Positions 40,944 to 50,797 of a stretch of DNA of 64,000 nt are shown here, piece by piece. The number at the start of each line of letters is the position of its first letter. The first letter of the stretch is position 1. Location of the stretch: assembly GCA_965116825.1 (NCBI GenBank), contig OZ220736.1, positions 258,452-322,451 of the forward strand. The letters are read 5' to 3'. The DNA comes from Vicinamibacterales bacterium. Lineage in GTDB: Bacteria > Acidobacteriota > Vicinamibacteria > Vicinamibacterales > UBA8438. The notes under the pieces are model-generated. The model ran no database searches. It saw only the letters and a program-made list of their open reading frames with translations, and had not been told where the DNA came from. The translations under genes and the position numbers were made by a program.

Positions 40944-41446
40944 GGCGCGCCCGCCTCCGCCGCCAGCGCCCGCAACGGCTCCCCGGCCAGGCGGTACACC
41001 GTCCACTCGTCCATCGGCACGGCGCCGGCGCGCCGGTACGACGCGATCGCGAGCTCGTTCCAGTCGAGCACCGACCACTCGAAGCGCCCGCAACGCCGCT
41101 CGACCGCCACGCGCGCCAGGTGCGCGAGCAGGCGCCGCCCGATGCCGCGCCCGCGGTGCGCCGGCCGCACGTACAGATCCTCCAGGTAGAGGCCCGGACG
41201 CCCGACGAAGGTGGAGAAGCTCTGGAAGAACAGGGCGAAACCGACCGCTTCGTCACCGGCCCGCGCAATCACCGCCTCGGCGCAGGGGCGCTCCCCGAAC
41301 AGCGCCCGCTCGACGTCCGCCTCGGTGGCGACCACCTGGTCGGCCATCCGCTCGTAGTCGGCCAGCTCCCGGATCAGCGCCAGGACGAGCGGCACGTCGG
41401 CGGGCTTTGCGGCGGCGATCCGCGGGGGATTGGGCGCAGTCGTCAT
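40940..41446 (-). CDS. GNAT family N-acetyltransferase
   Basis: Last 168 aa of the 215-aa ORF. MTTAPNPPRIAAAKPADVPLVLALIRELADYE.., acetyl-CoA motif LYVRPAHRGRGIGRRLLAHL. Confidence 0.85.
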   Translation of the reverse strand: MTTAPNPPRIAAAKPADVPLVLALIRELADYERMADQVVATEADVERALFGERPCAEAVIARAGDEAVGFALFFQSFSTFVGRPGLYLEDLYVRPAHRGRGIGRRLLAHLARVAVERRCGRFEWSVLDWNELAIASYRRAGAVPMDEWTVYRLAGEPLRALAAEAGAP

Positions 41447-41612
41447 CGTTCGGTACAGGGTACCGCATGGCCAGTCGGAGTGCCGGAAAACGAGAGCTTG
41501 CCGCACGGCTTGCCAAGTGGCCTCGCGCCCTCCGAATGGGCAATACTGCCACTGCGGCTGCGAGGCAGGGCTCTCCCTGGAGCGCACTGCAAGTCCGCTA
41601 CGCTCGCGTGCA

Positions 41613-42911
41613 ATGACGATGGACGTTCAAGCTCTCCTGTCCTCCATTCGGGCCGGTGAAGACACGGAGCTGGAGTTGAAGGAGGTGGTTTTCCGGGGAG
41701 ACCGGATCGCGTTCGGATCCGAGACCGGCCGCGCGGCGGCGAAGCTCGCCGAGGTCTTCGTCAGCATGGCGAATACCCGCGGCGGGACCCTCGTCATGGG
41801 GGTCCGCGACACCGACCGGGTCGTGGTCGGCGTCGATCCTCGAAAACGCGATCTCCTGGAGCAGTTCGTGGTCAACGTGGCGGCCACCAACTGCAATCCC
41901 CTCATCGTCCCCGCGCTGAACTGGGAGTACCTGCCGGGAGAGGGCGACGAACCGAAGCTGTGCCTGATCATCGACGTCCCGGCGTCGCGATTCGACGTCC
42001 ACCAGACCGGCGACGGGCGATTCCTGCAACGCATCGGCAGCCACCGCCACCTGATTCCCGCCGAACGACTCGCGCGGATGTTCAGCGCACGGCGGATGAC
42101 CAGCCCTGTGGAGGAAAGACCCGTGTCCGGCGGCAGTCTGGATGCGCTGGACCCGATCCTCCTGAAGCAGTATTTTCGCTCGCGCTTCAAGGACTGGTCT
42201 CCGCCGGATGACTGGGCGTCCATGCTCGTGGCCCACAAGCTCGCCGCCGTCACCGATTCCGGTGTGGCGCCCACGTACCTCGGGATACTTCTCTTCGCCG
42301 AGCGACCGGAGCGGTACGTTCGCGGGGCCTATATCGACGTCGCTGCCTACAAGCAGGACATGCTCGACGGCGCCGCGGCGGACAGGCAACAGATCATCGG
42401 GCCGTTGCCGTCGCAGATCGTGCAGGCGTTGACGTACGTTCAGGTCTCTCCCCTGAATCCCACCGCCTCGCGCAAGGACGGATGGGGTCGCCACGACTAT
42501 CCGAGTTACGTCGATCGGGCGCTCCAGGAAGCCATCGTGAACGCCGTCGTCCACCGGGACTACGAAGTGCAGGGATCGCAGATCATCATCCGGCTGTTCC
42601 CGGACCGCATCGAGTTCCAGAACCCGGGAGCGCTCTACAACAGCCTGACCGTGGAGAACCTGTATGCCGGCTGCCAGCCCTTCCGTCGCAACCAGCTCCT
42701 CGCCGGTTTCATGCGCGGCTACAAGAGCACCGTGACCGGCGGCCACTTCATGGAAGCGATGGGCGAGGGATTTCTGAATCTCGTCAAGGACAGCGAGCAG
42801 CTTTCCGGCCGGCGCCCCGAGCTGGAACAGATCGGACAGGCGACGAAGTTGACGATCTACGCCGCGACGTACGAGGACGACCACGGCGCGGATGACGGGA
42901 GCGCCCCATGA
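41613..42911 (+). CDS. AlbA_2 (Schlafen-like) + HATPase_c_4 protein, second paralogue, no C-terminal HTH recognised
   Basis: Last 432 aa of the 493-aa ORF. MTMDVQALLSSIRAGEDTELELKEV..AEVFVSMANTRGGTLVMGVRD (AlbA_2). LQEAIVNAVVHRDYEVQGSQIIIRLFPDRIEFQNPG (HATPase_c_4). Confidence 0.8.
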   Translation: MTMDVQALLSSIRAGEDTELELKEVVFRGDRIAFGSETGRAAAKLAEVFVSMANTRGGTLVMGVRDTDRVVVGVDPRKRDLLEQFVVNVAATNCNPLIVPALNWEYLPGEGDEPKLCLIIDVPASRFDVHQTGDGRFLQRIGSHRHLIPAERLARMFSARRMTSPVEERPVSGGSLDALDPILLKQYFRSRFKDWSPPDDWASMLVAHKLAAVTDSGVAPTYLGILLFAERPERYVRGAYIDVAAYKQDMLDGAAADRQQIIGPLPSQIVQALTYVQVSPLNPTASRKDGWGRHDYPSYVDRALQEAIVNAVVHRDYEVQGSQIIIRLFPDRIEFQNPGALYNSLTVENLYAGCQPFRRNQLLAGFMRGYKSTVTGGHFMEAMGEGFLNLVKDSEQLSGRRPELEQIGQATKLTIYAATYEDDHGADDGSAP

Positions 42912-43005
42912 TGGCCTGCACAGGGAGCAAGTTTCCCTGGACTCGTCGATCCTCCTCCGCCGCCCGTGCCTCCTGTCAACTGGGCGCTACTCGAGGGCTC
43001 CCAGA

Positions 43006-44196
43006 TCAGGAGTTCGCCGTCCGCTCCCCGCCCCGCGGCACAACCGCGTCGAGCGCCTGCCGCAGGTCGGCGATGAGGTCGCCGGCATCCTCGATCCCGA
43101 TGGACAGGCGGACCAGGTCGTCGGGCACCGGCGAGCCCGGCCCCTCCTCCAGGCCGCGGGCTTCCGCCAGACTCTCGACCCCGCCGAGCGACGTCGCGTC
43201 GTGGAACAGGCGCAGCGCCCGGACCACCTGCCGCGCCGCGCCGGCCCCACCCTTCAGCCGGAGCGACACGACCGCCCCGAAGCCGCCGTCCATCTGCCGG
43301 CGCGCGACCTCGTGACCGGGATACCGCGGGAGTCCCGGGTAGAGGACGACGGATACGGCGGGATGCCCGTCGAGCGCCTCGGCGATTCGTTGCGCGTTGC
43401 GCGCGGAGGCGGCGACCCGCAGGCAGACGGTGCGCATGCCGCGCAGCAGCAGCCAGCTCTCGAACGGTCCGAGCACGGCGCCGCGGAACGCGCGCGCGCG
43501 GCGGCAGCGCTTCCAGAGGTCGTCCTCGCGGGCCGTGACCAGCGCGCCGGCCAGCACGTCCGAGTGCCCGTTGAGCTGCTTGGTCGCCGAGTGCATGACC
43601 AGGTCGGCGCCATGCTCCAGGGGCCGGCAGAGCACGGGCGTCGGCACGGTGTTGTCGACGACGAGGCGGGCGCCCGCCTCGTGGGCGGCGGCGGCCGTGG
43701 CGGCGAGGTCGGTGATCGCCCCGCCCGGGTTGGCCGGCGTCTCGACCCAGACGATTTTCGTCGCGCCGGGCCGGAGCGCCGCGCGCAGCGCCGCCGTGTC
43801 GCCGTTCGGCACCAGATCGAGGGCGATCCTGCCCCGCCCCGCTTCGTCCTGCAGCCAACGGCGGAGCATCCAGTACATCTGCTCGGGCGCGACGACGTGA
43901 TCGCCGACGTCGAGGGTCTCGAACACGGTGGTGGCCGCCGCCATCCCCGCGCTGAACAGCATCGCCGCCCGCCCGCCCTCCAGGGACGCGAGCAGCGCCT
44001 CGGCCTGCTCGTAGGTCGGATTCTGGTCGCGCGTGTAGACGCGCCCGCCGGTCGGGGCGCCCTCGGCCGTGCGCTCGTACTGCACCGCAGGGTGCACGGG
44101 CGGCACGAGGGCGCCGGTCGCCGGATCGACCCAGCCGAGCGCCTGCGCGGCGCGGGTGGACGGTTTCTGATCGAGCGGGAAGCGGGACATGGACAA
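43006..44196 (-). CDS. Cys/Met-metabolism PLP-dependent enzyme (cystathionine gamma-synthase/beta-lyase family)
   Basis: 396-aa ORF. FSAGMAAATTV, VWVETPANP, PLP-lysine context HSATKQLNGHSDVLAGA, ESLAE. Confidence 0.88.
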   Translation of the reverse strand: MSMSRFPLDQKPSTRAAQALGWVDPATGALVPPVHPAVQYERTAEGAPTGGRVYTRDQNPTYEQAEALLASLEGGRAAMLFSAGMAAATTVFETLDVGDHVVAPEQMYWMLRRWLQDEAGRGRIALDLVPNGDTAALRAALRPGATKIVWVETPANPGGAITDLAATAAAAHEAGARLVVDNTVPTPVLCRPLEHGADLVMHSATKQLNGHSDVLAGALVTAREDDLWKRCRRARAFRGAVLGPFESWLLLRGMRTVCLRVAASARNAQRIAEALDGHPAVSVVLYPGLPRYPGHEVARRQMDGGFGAVVSLRLKGGAGAARQVVRALRLFHDATSLGGVESLAEARGLEEGPGSPVPDDLVRLSIGIEDAGDLIADLRQALDAVVPRGGERTANS

Positions 44197-44250
44197 CCTC
44201 CGGGGCGCGACGACTGTCTGCAGATTATGCGGCGCTCGGGTGCGGGGATG

Positions 44251-45665
44251 TCAGGCGCGCGCCGGGCCGATGTCGACCGCAATGTGGCGCCACTTGCCCT
44301 GGCGAAAGCGCATCACGCTGAGGCTGGCGCGGGCGACGTGGCCGAGCACGATGGCCAGCCAGATGTCGGGCGCCTCGAGCCCCCGGGTCATCTGCAGGTA
44401 GCTGCACAGGCCGATGGGAATGACGACCTGCGAGATTATCGAGATGTAGAGCGGGCTCCGGGTGTCTCCGGTCCCCTGCAGGCCGCCCGTGTAGACCAGG
44501 GCCACGGTGACGAACAACCCGGACACGGCCAGATAGGCGAGCAGTTGCCGCCCCAGCTCGAACTGGATCCCGTCGCCCATGCCGAAGACCCCGAGCAGGG
44601 CCCGCGGCACGGTGACGAACGCCAGGCCGATGACGCAGGCCACGCCGACGCCGATCGCCGCCGCCACCAGCGCGGCGCGCCGGCACCGCTCGGGCCGGCC
44701 GGCGCCCAGATTCTGACCGGCGACCGCGGCGGTGGCGCCCATCAGGCCGACCGACGTCCAGGTGATCAGCGCGAACAGCTCGGAATAGCCCACCGCGTAG
44801 GCGGCCTGCGCCTCGGCGCTCTGCTCCAGCGATCCGACGAACCGCAGCAGGAACACGCCGGCCAGATTCATCACGATGCCCTGAAAGCCGGTCGGCAGCC
44901 CGAAGCGGAACAGCTCGCGGATGATCCCCAGTCGGGGGCGAAGGACATGCCCCACGAGAGCCGGACGACCAACCGTCCGGAGAAGAGCAGCCAGAGGAAC
45001 GCGGCGGCGGTCAGCCCGCTGGCGATCGCCGTGCCCATCGCCGCGCCGACCGTGCCGAAGGCCGGGATCGGCCCCAGCCCGCGGATCAGGATGACGTTCA
45101 GCACCACGTTCAGCACCGTCATCGCGATGCCGAGCCGCAACGGGGTCGTGGCGTCGCCGGCCGCCCGCAGCGCCCCGCTCATCATGAAGAAGATCAGCAT
45201 GCCGATGCTGAAGACGAACATGACGCGGAGGTAGGCCAGCGCCTCGCCCTGCACTTCCGGCGCCGCGTTGATCATGTCCAGCAGCGTCGGGGCGAACACG
45301 TAGCCGAGCGGCGCCAGGATGCCGAGGGACATGAATACCGCGGTCAGGAACGCCTGGTAGACCGTCCGGTTGACCTTGTCCGGGTCGTTCGCCCCGGCGA
45401 AGCGCGCCACGAGCACGCCCATGCCGCTGAAGACGGAAACGACGAAGACGATGACCAGGATGAAGATCTGGACGCTGACGCCGATCGCCGCGTTGCCGAT
45501 GTGGCCGACGTAGTTGCCGACCATCGCCTGGTCGACGATGCCCTGGATGCCGCCGAAGACGTTCTGCAGCATCGTCGGCCACGCGAGCTTCCACACCGCG
45601 CGGCCGAGCGGCCCGTCGACGATCGCGCGATCAAACGTCTTGACGGGGCGGTCCTTGGCGCTCAT
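44251..45665 (-). pseudogene. MATE family efflux transporter with frame break in a C/G homopolymer region (44926-44938)
   Basis: The N-terminal half is ORF 44871..45665 (..WKLAWPTMLQNVFGGIQGIVDQAMVG..). The C-terminal half is the tail of ORF 44251..45594 (..IIRELFRFGLPTGFQGIVMNLAG.. to the end). The two frames swap at ..SFAPDWG / IIRELF, within gcccccgactgggga on the coding strand. Span is 1415 nt, one short of a multiple of 3. Confidence 0.8.
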
Positions 45666-45712
45666 GGAAAGGGGAGCTCGGCGCGGACCGCAGTAAGATC
45701 GAAGGCCTTACG

Positions 45713-46366
45713 GTGCCGGTCGAATCTCCGAGACTCTATCAGATTGAAGCCAGGCTCCGGTCGGCGTGCCGGGCGCCGCTGCCCGGCGCGGACGCGCACC
45801 GGCTGCTCGCGCCGCAGCCGCGCCCCGGCTGGCGGCCCGGCGTGGTACCGGAACACGCCACCCCCGCCGCCGCCCTCGTGCTCATCTACCCTCTAGACGA
45901 CGCGCCGCACGTTCTGTTGACCGTGCGGGCCGGACGGCTGGGTAAACACGCCGGCCAGGTGTCGTTCCCCGGCGGCCTGATCGACGCCGGCGAGTCGGTC
46001 CGCGAGGCGGCGCTGCGCGAGGCTTTCGAGGAGGTCGGACTCGATCCGGCGGCGGTGCGGGTGGCCGGAACCCTGTCGCCCCTCTACATCACCGTCAGCA
46101 ACTTCGCGATCCACCCGGTCGCCGGCGTCGCGGACGCGCCGGCGCCGCTGCGGCCGTCGGCCGCCGAGGTGGCGCGCCTGCTGCCGGTACCGCTGGACGC
46201 GCTGGCGGATCCCGGAAACCTGCGGCGCGGGACACGCTGGCGCGGCGCCCTCCACTGCGACGTGCCGTACTTCGAGGTGCGCAACGAGCGCGTGTGGGGC
46301 GCAACGGCGATGGTGCTGGCCGAGCTGCTCACGATGCTCGGACGCGGCCCCCGCGACCCGTGGTAA
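45713..46366 (+). CDS. Nudix hydrolase, CoA pyrophosphatase-like
   Basis: 217-aa ORF. Nudix box GGLIDAGESVREAALREAFEEVGL, preceded by LGKHAGQVSFPGG, which is typical of the CoA pyrophosphatase subgroup. Confidence 0.8.
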   Translation: MPVESPRLYQIEARLRSACRAPLPGADAHRLLAPQPRPGWRPGVVPEHATPAAALVLIYPLDDAPHVLLTVRAGRLGKHAGQVSFPGGLIDAGESVREAALREAFEEVGLDPAAVRVAGTLSPLYITVSNFAIHPVAGVADAPAPLRPSAAEVARLLPVPLDALADPGNLRRGTRWRGALHCDVPYFEVRNERVWGATAMVLAELLTMLGRGPRDPW

Positions 46367-46474
46367 ATTGACGGCGGCCCTGCGCGGCCCCCGCCACCAC
46401 GCATCCCGCCATCGGCGGCGCGCTCCCGGACGCCGCCCCGCAGCAACGCGTCGTTCACGAGGAGAGCGGATCCG

Positions 46475-48889
46475 ATGGCGAAACGGACCACCAGGCGCAC
46501 CGGGAAGGAAAAACGCGGGATGCGCGACGCGCCGCTGCTCGACGCCGCGGGCGACGACCTCGACGTGCTGGCGCGGCGCGGTGACGGGGACGCGGTCGTC
46601 GGGCTGCACGAGGCGGCCCAGGCCCGCTATCTCAACTACGCGCTGTCGGTCATCACGTCGCGGGCGCTGCCCGACGTGCGCGACGGCCTGAAGCCGGTGC
46701 AGCGGCGCATCCTCTACACGATGTGGCAGCAGCGGCTGCGCGCCGACGCCAAGCCGCGCAAGTGCGCGAAGGTGGTCGGCGACGTCATGGGCAGCTACCA
46801 CCCGCACGGCGACGCGGCCATCTACGACACGCTCGTGCGCATGGCGCAGCCCTTCACACTCCGGGCGCCGCTCGTCGACGGGTCCGGCAACTTCGGCTCC
46901 CTCGACGGCGACGGCGCCGCGGCGATGCGCTATACCGAGTGCCGGCTGGCGGCGATCAGCGCCGAGCTGCTGCGCGAGATCGACGAGGAGACCGTCGCCT
47001 TCCAGCCGAACTACGACGGCACGCGCCAGGAGCCGGTGGTGCTGCCGGCCCGCATGCCGAACCTGCTCGTCAACGGCGCCACGGGGATCGCGGTGGGCAT
47101 GGCGACCAACATCCCGCCCCACAACCTGGGCGAGGTCGCCACGGCGCTCGTCAACCTGCTCGACGACCCGGATCTGAACAGCGCCCGGCTGGCCCGCGAC
47201 GTCCGCGGCCCGGATTTCCCGACCGGCGGGCAGTTGGTGAACACCGCCGAGGAGCTGACGCAGATCTACACCACCGGAAGCGGCACGGTGCGCGTCCGGG
47301 CCACGTGGGAGGGCGGCGACACGCGGCGGACATCGAAGACCGTCCACGTCACCAGCGTCCCCTACGGGGTGAACAAGGCGCAGCTCGTCGAACGCATCGC
47401 CGAGGTCGTCATCGGGCGCAAGCTGCCGCCGCTGCTCGACGTCAAGGACGTCTCGACCGACGACGTCCGCATCGAGCTGGAGCTGAAGGCCGACGCCGAC
47501 GAGCGGATGGTGATGGCCTACCTGTTCAAGCACACCCCGCTGCAGACGACCTTCCCGGTCAACCTCACCTGCCTGGTGCCGACCGATCAGCCGGGCGTCG
47601 GGCGTCCGGAGCGCCTCGACCTGCAGCAGGTCCTGCGGCACTTCCTGCTCTTCCGCCTCGACGTCGTCACCCGGCGCCTGGAGCACGAGCGCGCCGCCCT
47701 CGGCAAGCGGATCCATATCCTGGAGGGGTTCGAGAAGGTCTTCGACGCGCTCGACGCCATCATCGCGCTGATTCGGCAGTCGGACGGCAAGGCCGACGCG
47801 GCCGCGAAGATCATGCAGATCTTCGGGCTCGACGCCGAGCAGACGGACGCGATTCTCGAGCTGAAGATCTACCGGCTGGCGCGGCTCGAGATCCTGATCA
47901 TCCGCAAGGAGCTGAAGGAGAAGCGCGAGCGGGCCCGGCAGATCGACACCGAGCTCGGCGACGAGGACCGGCGTTGGCAGATCGTGCGCGACGAGATCCT
48001 CGCGGTGCGGGAGACCTACGGCGAGCCGCGGCGAACGGCCATCGACGGGCCCGCCGACGACGAGCTGGTGTTCAGCGCAGACGACTTCATCGTCGACGAG
48101 GACGCCGTGGTGCTGGTCTCCCGGGACGGCTGGATCAAGCGGCAGCGGGAAGTGCGCGACCCGGCCGCGACGAGGCTGCGCGAAGGCGACGCCCTGCTCG
48201 CCGCGGTGGCCGGCAGCACCCGCGCGGCCGTGGCGTTCTTCACCAACTTCGGCGTCGCCTACAGTTGCCGGCTTATCGACGTCCCCGCCACGACCGGCTA
48301 CGGCGAGCCGATCCAGCGGCTGTTCAAGCTGAAGGACGGCGAACGGGTGGTAGCCGTTCTCAGTCTCGACCCGCGCGTCACGGGCGATATCGCGGCCACG
48401 CCGTCGCGGCCGGAGCCGCCGGTCCACGCGGTGGCGGTGTCGAACGACGGCTACAGCCTGCGGTTCGGCCTCGAGGCGTTCAACGAGCCGAGCACGCGCG
48501 CCGGCCGCCGGTTCGCACGGCCGGCCAGGGGCGCGGAGATCGTCGGCGTGGCCGCAATCTCCGGCGACGAGACGCTAATCGCGGCGACCCGCGCGGCGCG
48601 CGCCATGCTCTGCCCGGCGCGGGAGGTCAACTTCCTGTCCGGCCCCGGCAAGGGCGTGCTGCTCATCAAGCTGGCGAAGGACCGCGACCACGTCATCGGC
48701 TTCATCGCCTCGCGCGGCGACCGCGACCTGCTGACGGTGGAAACGAGCCGCGGCGCCGAGCAGAACATCAGCACGGCGAAGTACGATCCGGTAGGCCGCG
48801 GCGGCAAGGGCCGCGAGCTGCTGCAGCGCGGTCAGCTCACTCGCATCGTCCCGAAGCCGATCGCGACGCCCGAGATCGAAGGGCGCTGA
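46475..48889 (+). CDS. Type IIA DNA topoisomerase subunit A (GyrA/ParC family)
   Basis: 804-aa [54 protein letters not shown], catalytic Tyr in [10 protein letters not shown]. No QRRGGKG-type GyrA box where the C-terminal domain begins (..[12 protein letters not shown]..); only a GRGGKG near the extreme C-terminus. Confidence 0.9.
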   Translation: MAKRTTRRTGKEKRGMRDAPLLDAAGDDLDVLARRGDGDAVVGLHEAAQARYLNYALSVITSRALPDVRDGLKPVQRRILYTMWQQRLRADAKPRKCAKVVGDVMGSYHPHGDAAIYDTLVRMAQPFTLRAPLVDGSGNFGSLDGDGAAAMRYTECRLAAISAELLREIDEETVAFQPNYDGTRQEPVVLPARMPNLLVNGATGIAVGMATNIPPHNLGEVATALVNLLDDPDLNSARLARDVRGPDFPTGGQLVNTAEELTQIYTTGSGTVRVRATWEGGDTRRTSKTVHVTSVPYGVNKAQLVERIAEVVIGRKLPPLLDVKDVSTDDVRIELELKADADERMVMAYLFKHTPLQTTFPVNLTCLVPTDQPGVGRPERLDLQQVLRHFLLFRLDVVTRRLEHERAALGKRIHILEGFEKVFDALDAIIALIRQSDGKADAAAKIMQIFGLDAEQTDAILELKIYRLARLEILIIRKELKEKRERARQIDTELGDEDRRWQIVRDEILAVRETYGEPRRTAIDGPADDELVFSADDFIVDEDAVVLVSRDGWIKRQREVRDPAATRLREGDALLAAVAGSTRAAVAFFTNFGVAYSCRLIDVPATTGYGEPIQRLFKLKDGERVVAVLSLDPRVTGDIAATPSRPEPPVHAVAVSNDGYSLRFGLEAFNEPSTRAGRRFARPARGAEIVGVAAISGDETLIAATRAARAMLCPAREVNFLSGPGKGVLLIKLAKDRDHVIGFIASRGDRDLLTVETSRGAEQNISTAKYDPVGRGGKGRELLQRGQLTRIVPKPIATPEIEGR

Positions 48890-48902
48890 ACCCGGGGCGG
48901 CG

Positions 48903-50351
48903 GTGCCGGGAACCTCGGAGGACGCCTGCCTCATGGGCATCGACCAACTGATCGACCGGATCATGCGCCCGGTGGCCGACGCCGTGTCCGGCTTCGTCTT
49001 CTTCCCCATCCCGCTCTTCGGGGCCGAGATGCCGCTCATCGTGCTGTGGCTGGTGGCCGGCGGTCTCTTCTTTACGTGCTACCTGAACTTCATCAACGTG
49101 CGGGGTTTCGCACAGGCGCTGCGCATCGTCTCGGGGCGCTACGCGCGCGAGGGCGACCCGGGCGAGATCTCGCAGTTCAGCGCGCTGACCACCGCGGTCT
49201 CCGGCACCGTCGGCATCGGGAACATGGCCGGCGTGGCCGTCGCCATCTCCACCGGCGGGCCCGGCGCCACGTTCTGGCTGCTGGCCGCCGGGCTGCTCGG
49301 CATGTCGTCCAAGTTCGCCGAGTGCACGCTCGGAGTGCTGTACCGGCGGCGCAATCCCGACGGCTCGGTCTCCGGCGGGCCGATGCACTACCTCGAGCGC
49401 GGGCTCGGCGAGCGCGGCTGGCCGGCGCTCGGCCGGCGTCTCGGACTGTTCTACGCCGCCGCCATGGTATTCGGCTGCCTCGGCATCGGAAACATGTTCC
49501 AGTCGAATCAGGCCGCCGCCATCTTCATCGACATCACCGGCGCCGACGCCAGCGTCTTCGCGGGCCGGGGCTGGCTGTTCGGGCTGCTGCTCGCCGCGAT
49601 CGTCGCGCTGGTGATCATCGGCGGCATCCAGTCCATCGCCCGCACGACGGTCCGGCTGGTGCCGGCGATGGCGCTGCTCTACGTGTCGCTGGCCCTGCTG
49701 ACCATCGCCCTCAACGCGGACCGGCTGCCGGGGGCCGTTGCGGCCATCTGGCACGGCGCGTTCACCTCGGAGGGGATGGCCGGCGGCGGCCTGGGCGCGC
49801 TGGTCATCGGTTTCCGGCGCGCCGTCTTCTCCAACGAGGCGGGGCTGGGCAGCGCCGCCATCGCGCACGCCACGGCGCGCACGCCACAACCGGCGAGCGA
49901 GGGCTTCGTCGCCCTCCTCGAGCCGTTCATCGACACCGTGGTGATCTGCACGTTGTCGGCTCTCGTCATCACCACCACGGTCTACGATCCGGCGCTCGCC
50001 ACGGGCGACATCACCGGCATCGAGCTGACGACCCGGGCGTTCGCCTCGACCCTGCCCTGGTCTCCGGTCCCGCTGGCCGTCGCGGCCATCCTGTTCGCCT
50101 TCTCGACGATGATCGCCTGGGCCTACTACGGCCTGAAGGCCTTCACCTATCTGGCCGGGGAAGGCCGCCCGCAGCAACTCGGCTTCAACGCCTTCTTCTG
50201 CGCGTTCGTCGTCGTGGGGGCGAGCATCAATCTCGAAGCGCTCATAGACCTGTCCGACGCCCTGGTCTTCGTGATCGCCATCCCGAACCTGATCGGGCTC
50301 TACCTGATGGCGCCGGTGGTCCGGCGCGAGCTCGCCCGCTACCGGTGGTGA
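48903..50351 (+). CDS. Alanine/glycine:cation symporter (AGCS) family transporter
   Basis: 482-aa ORF. SQFSALTTAVSGTVGIGNMAGVAVAISTGGPGATFWL, FSNEAGLGSAAIAHA. The start may be the internal MGIDQL (48933). Confidence 0.88.
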   Translation: MPGTSEDACLMGIDQLIDRIMRPVADAVSGFVFFPIPLFGAEMPLIVLWLVAGGLFFTCYLNFINVRGFAQALRIVSGRYAREGDPGEISQFSALTTAVSGTVGIGNMAGVAVAISTGGPGATFWLLAAGLLGMSSKFAECTLGVLYRRRNPDGSVSGGPMHYLERGLGERGWPALGRRLGLFYAAAMVFGCLGIGNMFQSNQAAAIFIDITGADASVFAGRGWLFGLLLAAIVALVIIGGIQSIARTTVRLVPAMALLYVSLALLTIALNADRLPGAVAAIWHGAFTSEGMAGGGLGALVIGFRRAVFSNEAGLGSAAIAHATARTPQPASEGFVALLEPFIDTVVICTLSALVITTTVYDPALATGDITGIELTTRAFASTLPWSPVPLAVAAILFAFSTMIAWAYYGLKAFTYLAGEGRPQQLGFNAFFCAFVVVGASINLEALIDLSDALVFVIAIPNLIGLYLMAPVVRRELARYRW

Positions 50352-50361
50352 GATGCGGGGC

Positions 50362-50640
50362 CTATTTCGTCCGGAAGCCTGCTGCCTCGAGCGCCGTGCG
50401 CGCTTCGTCGAGGAGCGCCGCCACCTCGCGCGGCGCGGCCGGGTCCAGGCGCGTCAACTGGCGCGTGAGGCCGTACATCCGGAAGCGGATCGCCTCCATG
50501 TGGAACGCCTGCACGGCGCTCAGCAGGTGCCCGCACTCCTCGACGAGCGGTTCGAGATCCGCCGCGTTCGGCTGCGCGCCCAGCAGGCGGCGCAAGGCCA
50601 GGATCCGGTCGATTGCCGTCGTGCGTTGCTCTGCTGACAC
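50362..50640 (-). CDS. Small hypothetical helical protein
   Basis: In-frame GTG at 50640 preceded by GGAGAC. Reads VSAEQRTTAIDRILALRRLLGAQPNAADLEPLVEECGHLL..EAIRFRMYGLTRQL. No family recognised. The longer 121-aa version has an implausible N-terminus. Confidence 0.4.
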   Translation of the reverse strand: MSAEQRTTAIDRILALRRLLGAQPNAADLEPLVEECGHLLSAVQAFHMEAIRFRMYGLTRQLTRLDPAAPREVAALLDEARTALEAAGFRTK

Positions 50641-50797
50641 GTGCTGTCTCCCCGCGGCGCGCACCCCGGCCGGCGGCCCGTGGCCCATGCTACACTGAGG
50701 CTTCCTCCCCTGTGAGGCTCGCTGCAACCGCCGTCACCGCGGTGCGCGGCGGGTCGTACGCCGGCCTGGAGCCCAGCCGGGTCGCCCGGAAGACGCC

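Noticed and set aside
45893-48427. 844-aa minus-strand ORF
   Set aside because: Antisense to the Nudix and topoisomerase A genes, both of which carry unambiguous motifs. It is a shadow ORF.
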